Source: Tubiluchus corallicola (taxonomy: Eukaryota; Animalia; Priapulida). Taken from it: DNA of 64,000 nucleotides. Both the position numbers and the translations under genes were made by a program. The notes under the pieces were generated by a model that worked only from the letters and a program-made list of their open reading frames with translations, ran no database searches and was not told the origin of the DNA. Positions within the stretch are counted from its first letter, which is position 1; the number at the start of each line of letters is the position of its first letter. The stretch spans positions 163,231 to 227,230 of the forward strand of contig JAQGDQ010000376.1 of the NCBI GenBank assembly GCA_030141605.1. Reading direction: 5' to 3'. Positions 54,251 to 64,000 of the stretch are shown one piece after another.

Positions 54251-56537
54251 TTCACTCTTAGAAAACCAAATTAAAGGAGTTTTTTTATTCCGAGTTAATA
54301 CAAATCAGGATGATTTTGAAATATGTCAGGCTTTCTGCACGAAATTAGGCAAGGACACAAGTCACAATGTGCTTACAGCAAATGTTGTCACATACAAATT
54401 CCATTTCTAAACTAATAAAAGCTTGTGTGTCTGAATGCTATTTTCAGTTGGCTTAAAGTGTACTTTTAAAATGTACCCTTTAGATGGCTGCGGCAGACTT
54501 GCAGCTACTTTATTTCCAAGGATGGTAGTTCTCCAAGGTAAGACTTGCATCTGACATGAGATGGGTTACAGAAGCATAGCTGTTATAAGCATACATCCTC
54601 TGTTAATAGACATTCTTTAGTTGTCACCCATCTGTTTACCGCCTTGATTAACATTGCTTAATTTTGTAACTTGAGTAGGAGTGATAAAACGAAGTTGGAG
54701 ATCAATATATAATTATGAAAGTTAGCTTAATAGTTTACGAAAGAATGACTATATTCCCACGTTATTAAAAATATGAAAGTATGGGGAACACTAAATGAAA
54801 ATAAAAATGGCAAAAAAATAGAATTTTGGCAAAGGAAAATTGTTGTAATTGTTAAAGCAAAGGGTACAAGTTACTGAGCAATGTTACCGATTTGTGGAAT
54901 GTGGCCAATGAAACGACGAGTACACTATAAGCAGTTGATGTGGCTAAGAATTTTCTGTTAGAGATGCAAAAAAGTGTTAATGAACGAGCAAAAAAGTAGT
55001 GCCAGGTAGTTAGACCGACAATAATATAGAGAAACTTGCTCATATGTAAAACATAAAGTAGAAAATAAGTTAAAACTACAAACATCTAGCTCGAAAAAAG
55101 AAATGAAGGAAAATACAGTACTTAACAAGTGAGACATCAAAGACAATAGATGAAAAAACAAAACTAAGATTTCTAAGAAATCATTGGGCGGTGGACAACC
55201 AAGTATCTATTGTTATGCATGAAGACTATCGAAAAATTGGAAGAAACAATAACAAAAGAAGATTACTTCTACAGTTGTCACACACATAACCTGGTTGGAT
55301 TAAAGGATTAACAAAAAAGTACAGAGTTGACCTACAGACAGAGAACAGAAACAACAAACAACAAAGACAAAGGACTGGAAGAAAAATCGGGTTATTAAGA
55401 AGAAAAAGGATCTCACCAAAAGTGCCTGCTGGAAACAGTAGAGGCCACTGAGTAATCCGAGCAGTGACCCAGGCTGAGCCTTGCTCTCAGCATTACACAG
55501 AGAAATATAGTTACACTGTCATTACCAGCAAAATGTTTGGAAGTGAATCTGCAAATTAATTTTCTACTGGTGAAATTTGTTACCGTGCCTTGTTTTAGTT
55601 TGACATTGTCTCCATAAAACGGAAAACACCAAGTTATGGCATAGCCTGGTAGCCAAGAATAAATTGTTAGAAAAAATTGTGTTTACCAATGCATAGAACT
55701 ATTATATCTTAATATAGCTTAGCATGACTCAGAAAGAAAAATTAATGCGGTTTTTCCAGTAAATTTCAAAACATATGGTTGGTATAATTAATTCTGTTTA
55801 ACCAGAATTCTAAAACAGGAACTTGTCATGCAAATGAAGGCTTCCAATAAAGACACAGTTTAAGTCAGATCACAGTTAAAAGATACGTCTGCACAAAATA
55901 ATGGAATTTACTACAATGTTTATACCAACTACAATTTCAAACAGACGAAACTGATCCAAAACATTAATTCAGCAAAATGATTTTTCTATACAGAAATAAT
56001 ATTTTACACATTTCCACTACATGTATGTTTGGCTTTATGCATTTTGTGGCCTATGTACATGCATTAACTTTGTGGACAACAGAGGATTCACGAAGTGAAG
56101 CTGGCACAGGTAGGTATCATAGCTACTGGTGCATCGTTAGTTAATTTTCAGATCAAGCATGACGGGAAGTTCTTGTCAGTGAGGCAGTGAAGTTGTTAAA
56201 ATACATGAGCTAGTTCAATCGTTATGGTAGCAGAAGCCTACCATAATTGTACAGCAAACAGATTTACAATGTTATTATGCTGAAAGCACTTAAAGAAGCT
56301 ATTACATTAAAGAAAAATCACTTTTACAGTGTTTAATAAAAAAGTGTAGCACAGCATACGTTAAATAAAACAAGATACTTAAATAGTGACAGTGCAGGCC
56401 CTACTAACAACATATTTAATTAACAATTATACTTTTAACTCTTACCAGTCAATTCAATAAAAGAGCAAATCTTATCATACCTTTAAGAATTCCAATAGAA
56501 GTTGTGGGAAAGTTAATGCATATATATTTAACAACAT

Positions 56538-59500
56538 TCAAGTTGGTACAGTTAATGAATTAGCTGTAAGAATTAGCAGCTCATCTACTTTTTTCTTCCA
56601 ATTTTTAATGTCTTTTGACATACTACACCAAGCTTCACCATGCCGGGGCTCACCTAGCTGACACCGTCGCAGCACATCATTTCTCTGCTGTTCTGTCCCA
56701 TGCAGACTTTCAAATTTGAAAAAATAAGCCCATGCATCACCAAAGTCAGGGTCTATTTTCACTGTCCGATTAAACCAGTCACGTGCTTTACTAAGCTTCC
56801 GTTCTGCCCAGAATAATTTGGAAACAGCAAGCAGAACATGCGGATCATGCTCACAACGTTTCAAAGCATCAACACTTTTTGTTTTTCGTTGTGGTCGGGC
56901 TTCCATAAAAATAGCTTCTGCCCACAAAATGCCAGCACTTGGACAATCTTGCATAGCTTTTGCCATCAAAGTCATTGCAACATTCTTTAAGCCACCTTTT
57001 ATTTCCACTCTGACTGCCTCTAGCCAAAGTTCTGGACAGTGAGAATTCTTTAAACGTGCTTTCTCAAGAATTGCTCTTGCCTTGATTATATGATTTAGGC
57101 TAACCTCTAATCTTGCCATGAGACGCCATATTGGAACAGATTGTGGACACTTCTTTACACCCTGGTTGTAGACCTGTCTGGCCTTGTCCATCTGACTCAG
57201 ATGCTCATATATTTGACCATACATCATCCACAGTTTAGGATAGTCTGTGTAGACATCAACAGCTTCTTGTAAAAGTGAGAGTGCTTTCTGTGTATCTCCC
57301 AACATCCACTCTAACTTTGCAGACTTCATCCAGACACGAGCAGTAGGAGCACTGCTACGAGCTTTAGCCAGCAGACGACGAGCCCGCTCGTACTCATTGT
57401 TCTCGCTCTCTAGCTTCACAGCAGCCAACCAAATTTCTTCACTGTTCGGATTTGCCTGAAATGCTAATGCAAGAATACTTCGAGCCGCAGGAATGTCTCC
57501 AGCCAACCATTTAGATTTGGCCCCCATCAACCACAGAACCTCAGCTTTGGGACAGTGGGCTACAGCTTTTTGCAGTAATGTTTCAAGTGACTCACGAGTG
57601 CCATGACTACGCTCAAAATAAGCGGCTCTCAGCCAAACACTCTTTTTACTGGGGAACATTGTGAGAGCATGAGCATACACAGCTCGCGCACATTGATATG
57701 CGCCATTAGCAGCAAATGCCTCAGCATCATCCATCCATGTATGTTTTCTATCCTCATCCTCAATGCCAACACCTATTACAGCACGTATTATAGCTTGACA
57801 GGTATTTATGCTTCCTGCTTGCTCGCACTCGTGGGCATCTTTCAACCACTGATCACGGTTTATCTCAACCATGTTGGCTCTTAGTGAGGTAATCGCTCTG
57901 TCAATGATTTTGCCAACCATGTGGATATTATCATTGGCTTCCTCTAACTTTGCTGCAGTTATCCATACCTGTCGGTCTGTTGGAATGTTCTCACGAGCTT
58001 TATTCAATACTTTACGGGCATTTTCGTAACTTTCAAGGCGTGCAAGTGCCAGCCAGAGCTCCACGCTAGTTGGACAGCATTCCACTGCTCTGCTCAACAA
58101 AATCCTAGCATCATCAACATCTTCCAGTTCAACAGCCACTTTCCAAAGACGTACAGAATTAGGAATCTGTTCCAAAGCTTTGCGAAATACTCGTCTTTTA
58201 CCTTTCAGTTCAGTCTCTAAATCTGCGGCTCGAATCCAAATGCGAACAGAAGACGGAATATGCCTAACTGCTTGAGTAATAACAGCTTTTGCATTATCTC
58301 CTGGTTGTAAACGGGCTGCTTCCAACCAGACATCTTCTGTTTTTGGACAAGCTTCTGTACCTTTCATTATTATATTCCGTGCAGCTTGCACTTTACCTAC
58401 AACCTCTTCTAGTCGAGCCGAAGCAATCCATGCAGGACCATGGTTTGGATTAGTATCTCGCACTGACTTTAACAATAACCTGGCCTTTTTCACGTCATTT
58501 ATGTCTCCTCCATACTCTGGCAACATCGACTGCAAATCAGTAAGGTACCCCTTGGGGTCCACAACAGTTTGGCCAGAAACGGAATCAGAAACCTGGTTCA
58601 ATTTCATATCCATCAAAGTGTTTCGAGCTTGCCCAATCTTACGTAAGTCTAGCTCGCCTGTAGGTGTCGTCAATCCAGGAGTTATGGCGCCAGGAAAGGG
58701 TGTAGTTAGTCCAGCTCCATATGCCTAGAACATCAAATCGTCATTTGAGAAATTTTAAAAGTATGCAGTTATATAATAAGTTTTTTTGCAGGAAAGTTTT
58801 ATATCATATTGCTAGAAACTACCATTGTTTTCATGACTTTTGAAAAATAAAGCATAAGCTAAAAGTGCAATAAAAAGTTTTACGAAGTAGAGACATTTAT
58901 ATACATTTTTAAGAATTTAAGGTATAATAGTTCTTTAATGCACATAGTCACACACACAGTCATACCAATACACGGAAACTTTTGCATTTAAATTCACATG
59001 CACAAAAAAGTAAAGGATACCAAATTTCGATAAATGGCTTAGCAAAATAGCACGATATGGCTCCATAAATAGTAATAGTAGGCATACCAGTTTTCAAAAA
59101 TTTTTAGGTAAAAAATTTGTCTTTCGTTAACAAAAATGAACTGGTGAAACTAATATCGCAAAAATATGAACAATATAACATTATGTTTCATGTACCTTGT
59201 AAGTGTGTGTGTGTGTGTGTGTGTCATGTGAAGCTTTATTCCCCGTTTACGACTTCTATGTTGATACTGCTTCAATAAGACACTAAACAAAATCTTAATA
59301 GCCAAAATATGGGCAAATGATAAATATTTTTGAGAATCATCTTACCCCGCCTGCTGTGTCAATAGATGCTAGTGATCCCTCTCCTAATCCTGCTCTAGCA
59401 AGAACACTGTCTGGAATCGGTGTGATCTTCTCTGTACGGGGGTTACGCTGATGCTTGTTTCTTGAGTCTCCAACTTCAGGAATGCATTTCCATTCATCCT

Positions 59501-62500
59501 CAGACACCTAAGACACAATAACAGAAATGCAGATTTCTTTAAATAGGCCTATATAGTCTACTATCAGCACAGAGAAACTTTGTTACAACACTTAAATGGA
59601 AACTGTTCTAAGTGTACACGTTATACAATTGATATAACGATATACGTTATGCGATATGTTCTGCTTGGTGACACCACACTAGTCATTTGTGCCGCCAAAC
59701 CATACTGCCACCTGCCAATGACTTCTCCAGGCACGCCGCCATAAAAAATCAATGCTGCCGACACATAATAAAATGGCACCATCATTGTGAATTTCCATGA
59801 TAAAAAGAAAAATTTAGTGTCAATAGATAGTTAAGTGAGGTAACCAATATATACGAAGCAGTTTCAAAGGTGGAAAAAAGCAAAGCATAAATAGAAAGTA
59901 ATTAGTACATTCAGAAAATTGTTAAACCCTATTATGTTATGTTGATATTATATTATGTTATAATGATTCAAATGAGCATAAAAAAATCACAGACCATTAC
60001 ACAAAAAAAGAGTTTCCTAGATTGCACTAATTATACCCCGATTATGGTAACTGAAGTCTCACTGTCTTATAGTTTAGCTGTGGCTGTGTCTTTACTGTTA
60101 AAACCGTGAGTAAAATGATTGAACAGTATAATGCGTGAACAGTACTGATTCAGTACACTGCTGCTGTAGGTTTAACCGTTCGATGTTGGAGACACCAATG
60201 AAGAAAGTACTTCAAATGTTGCAGCACTCTGAATGTAAAAATCAAATTATTCTCAGTCAACACGTGTATGTACCTCTGATAATCCTCGCTTTAAATCTGA
60301 AAACATCTGCTGAATCTTTGGTCGTTCCTGGCGATATTTTTCCAGTTCCTCTCTGTATCTTTTTTCCCTGAATAACAAAGATAACAACAATGAAAATTAC
60401 GGAGCACAACACTATTAACGTGGAGTTGTTTCTGAATACTGAACAATAACATAATTGTTCAAGACATTTGCCATCCCTTTGAATGTTAAGGCTGGAAACG
60501 ATCAATAATACAAGTGGTTTGTTTCTAGCAAAATTCTCAATGACAAACCACAGAACAAATATCATAAGTGCTTTAGCAAATTATTAAAACCAAAAATGAG
60601 ATTGTTGACGAAGATTTTGAGAAGATTAAGCACCTCTTCCATACCAGCATCGGCGAGAACTAGGGTTTGTCTTGCAGTTGATATTGCTGTCAAAACACTG
60701 TTCAAGTTGCATCAGAGAACATGAACTTTTTTTACCATCTGTGCTAGTGCCACAATCTTTCCTAATTTATGAAGGAGCTTACTAATTGCAAGAGATAGGC
60801 CAGCCACAAATGTTGACCAAAGTATTCTCACATCATCTTTTTATTAATCTAGCCAAGATTAGGTCCATTCTACAACCTGTGATAAACCAAAGTGTCTATG
60901 ATACACTAAAGTGACTTGGCAACAGTGCTCAGCGATTGCATCTAGTGACTGCCAGCAAGAAATAGAACATGTATATTATAGAAAAAATTTCTATTTTTTG
61001 AGCAAATAGCAACCAGGGACCTGTATCTATTTGATAATCATTCATCAATCATTGAATGATAACCCAGCCTTGATCAAGTGGTAACAGTCTCCTTTATATA
61101 GAAAATGCCATACTTGTATAATTACAAAACAACAATATAAATGTTGCCCATTAAAATTAATATAATAGCAGTCATAAATCTATAGTACAAGCATAAAATT
61201 CACAAGAAAAGAAATAGTATAGCATTGGAATAAAGCTACTTAAATAATTAAGGTTTTAATCCATCTTTTTTGGACATTTTTGTCCCACAAAGCACCTTTT
61301 CATAGTCAAGTAGCGACATTTATCATTTGTTCGAAAATTTCTTTTGATTACTTAATAAAGATTAATGTTAAAATTTTCAAATCTTGTTTACAACGTGTCA
61401 CAGTGAGGCAAATCATTCTGAAAGCAGCGCTTGTTAGAGTGATTTTAACAGTAAAAAAGAAAAGAATGCAAAATAAAACATACAGTGAGCCAGAAGAATT
61501 TAATTATTTAAGCAGGATTTAAAAGAGTTAGTAAGGAGGGGTTAGTGAATGATCACTATGATAGAGCAATGGCTGGAAATCAGATCGTGTTGTAGTTAAT
61601 TACATATTTAAGTCAGATTTCAGCAGGATGAAATCCTGTACTGCTGTGTAGGTCATTATCTCGATTAGTATTAACAACAATAGAGTTATTAAGTTGAAAT
61701 TAGGCACTGTTAATCATATATTAGCCAATAGTAATTAAGGCACTATCATAATAGTAATTGTTAAATTTTTCTGATTTAAAACAAACTTGAATTTTTTAAT
61801 TGATACAGCAGATTTAATGATGGGACATAGAGTGATCCATAATGATGGCCCTGGGTATGTAATAAAATGTTTAGACAGATTTTTTTTCTACTTTGAAAGA
61901 AGTCTGGAAACAAATTGTTATTAGTTTTATACATGCAAACTGTTATGTTCAAATCTACTAAATCATCTATTAGTAAGATATTGTATGTTTTAACATACGG
62001 ACTGCTAATGTGGGCACTTAACTTATAAATTGATCTTAGAAATTTATGCTGCAATGCTCTTATGGAATTAAATTTTGTTTTGTATGTATGCTCCAACAAA
62101 ACAGAACAATAACATAAATATTATAGAATTAGGTTATTATACATTGAGATCATATGTTTTAGTCAGAGAGTTTTCTATATGCATAATAATACCAATATTT
62201 TCAGTTATTTTTAATTTAATCATATGCATGTGAGGTGGCCAGTCTAAGAATCACATCCAAAAATTTACTCAGTTGGTTTTCCATGGATTCAGACACCGTT
62301 TATTACTTTTAAACCATCTAGTGCAGGGGTGTCCAACCTTTTTGAACTGAGGGCCAAGTGTACAACCTTCAAAGTAGTTGCGGGCGGATTAGCAATTTCA
62401 CAACCACAAAAAGACAATGAAGCACAAAATACATTTTATGTTACATTTAAGCTAGAAGAGACAGTCTTGTAAGTTTATGCTTTTGATCAGTTTAATGTGA

Positions 62501-63659
62501 AATCTGGCACTGCTTTTGTTTGCACAAGTAGTCTATGTCTGCTCCAACAGTAGAAGTTGCAATGCGCAATGAAGCTGCCAAATGTTCGTCTGTAAGCAGA
62601 GATCTTGACTTCGATTTCGTGTTTTCGTGCTTCCGAACAGAGCAGTGAACTTCCTGGCGACCTATTAAATTTTGACAAAATAAGAGAAACTTCGCGGGCC
62701 GGATAGAAACGCATGGCGGGCCGGATTCTGGCCCGCGGGCCATATGTTGGACACTCCTGATCTAGTGTTTACAATTCACTGTTAATTGTGATAACATCTT
62801 GTTCCTGTATGCTAGTGGATGAAAAAATAAACTTGTGTCATCTGCAAATGGAAACATATAAGATTGGTTTAGACAATTTTTTAAATCATTAAAGTTAATT
62901 AAAAACAAGATTGGATGCAGAGCTGAATCCTTGTGGGACACCATATGACACTATACGTTCATGGAAAATTTTACCATTGTATCTTATACATTCTATTCAA
63001 TTAGATAAATAGCTTTTTAACCAATTATGTGCACGGTCTCTGATGACGTAGTGATATAATTTTTGCAGCAGAATGGTATGGTCTACTACGTCTGCAAAAA
63101 GTGAGTTTCAGAAGTTTAGTGCAACAACTAGATAAATTTCTTTCCTCCTTTATGAAAAGAAAGTGAGTTGCAAATAAACGAATGAAGCAATGAATGACTG
63201 TTTTTGGGGGGAGATTTAAACAAAGCTATAGGTATTACTTTCTTTTTTGTGTATTATAATGGTGCTGCTTTCTAATAATCTATAAATATGTAGTTGTACG
63301 CAGATGCCAGTTTTTAGCGTATCATCAGTTCACTGGTCACCAGTCACCTTACTGGAGTCCCCATAGGCTTTATCTATAAGCAGTGGTTTGTGACTGGCTA
63401 ATTACACCATCCTGTTATGATTATGTGGTTGCCAATGGCAGCTTCCAGCAATTCTAACTTGTGTTACCTTGTTTAAATAATATTAAATGCAGAAAAAATC
63501 AAAGTGATATGGTACTCTTTTAAAAATGTCAAAAAAAAGAAAAATACCTTCTTTCTTTTCTTCTTTCATCTAGCCTTTTATCAACTGCTTCATAAATAGC
63601 ATCTGCTTCTTCATCGTCCTTTTCATATGGATCTTTGTTGCACAAACTGCCTCCGTATC
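56538..63659 (-). CDS. PRPF6: Pre-mRNA-processing factor 6 (U5-102K), 5'-truncated by the window edge
   Basis: Exons: 63659-63548 ([31 protein letters not shown]), 60367-60274 ([19 protein letters not shown]), 59507-59346 ([16 protein letters not shown]) and 58724-56538 ([16 protein letters not shown] repeats, PRHGEAW). Phases are consistent. The acceptor of the 63659 exon is weak and uncertain. Confidence 0.97.
59203..59223. repeat. (GT)n microsatellite
   Basis: gtgtgtgt run read directly. Confidence 0.9.
61740..63095 (-). mobile_element. Decayed CR1/L2-like LINE (RT C-terminal half) in a PRPF6 intron
   Basis: ORF 62762-62944 reads [15 protein letters not shown]...FADDT (RT motifs GS.LGP.LF..YINDL and YADD). 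ORF 61776-62099 resembles the end of LINE ORF2 (LQ.K..R.I). Confidence 0.85.
62324..62759 (-). mobile_element. hAT (Charlie/Buster-type) internal-deletion derivative, 436 bp, nested in the LINE
   Basis: TIRs CAGGGGTGTCCAAC / GTTGGACACTCCTG. Perfect 8-bp TSD ATCTAGTG at 62316-62323 and 62760-62767. It retains the transposase C-terminus [30 protein letters not shown]. Confidence 0.93.
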
Positions 63660-64000
63660 CTGTCCATTAAATTAATTATATAAAAACAAGAGAACTGATA
63701 TTCAATATGAATAGAGAACTGTCAAGTCAGGTAACATTTTGTTAAATCTTCTATTCACTTGAAATTCAAAACACTAAACGTTTTATTAATTTTAAGAACA
63801 AAGAATTTAAAAATCTGACTAAAACTTGTGTTACTGTAGAAGAATCTACAAATTAGTTAGTTAAGTTAGTAAGATGGTTTAAGTTAGCAATAATTAACAA
63901 AGCAACAGTTAAGCAAGAATTCCCAGCCCAGTAGTTCGATGAAAACTTCACTAATTTGTGAATTATTGGGAACCGAAAAGGCCAAATAATCAAAGGCCAC

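Noticed and set aside
63655-63680. Possible non-canonical acceptor for the PRPF6 exon (in-frame WTGY preceded by AA; FNG in another frame)
   Set aside because: A canonical cag|GA acceptor is available, and the upstream exon is outside the window, so the phase cannot be tested.
1-64000. CRISPR arrays, rRNA genes, complete tRNA genes, prokaryotic or viral systems
   Set aside because: None seen. The sequence is eukaryotic with spliceosomal introns, and the tRNA-like bits are SINE heads.

Overview
AT-rich, intron-containing animal (invertebrate-like) genomic DNA. It carries five protein-coding genes, all on the minus strand. In transcription order they are PRPF6 (5'-truncated), OSBPL11/ORP10-11 (17 coding exons, one GC-AG intron), PIKFYVE (5 coding exons, one of 4.6 kb), NDUFAF8 (a 70-aa twin-CX9C protein the ORF track misses) and the N-terminus of an ARHGAP45/29/GMIP-family RhoGAP (runs off the window). 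All exon structures were reconstructed by hand from splice signals, phase consistency and recalled protein homology. The most notable result is that the last NDUFAF8 exon is also the first coding exon of the RhoGAP: the NDUFAF8 stop lies 44 nt before the RhoGAP ATG with no polyA signal between them, implying a bicistronic mRNA. All three large genes whose start codon is visible have upstream ORFs, two of them with AUGA stop/start overlaps. Introns and intergenic DNA hold a decayed Gypsy element, several LINE remnants, an intact Ginger-like MITE with internal palindromes at the PIKFYVE 5' end, hAT MITEs, pogo-like fragments, SINEs and microsatellites. No databases or tools were used.
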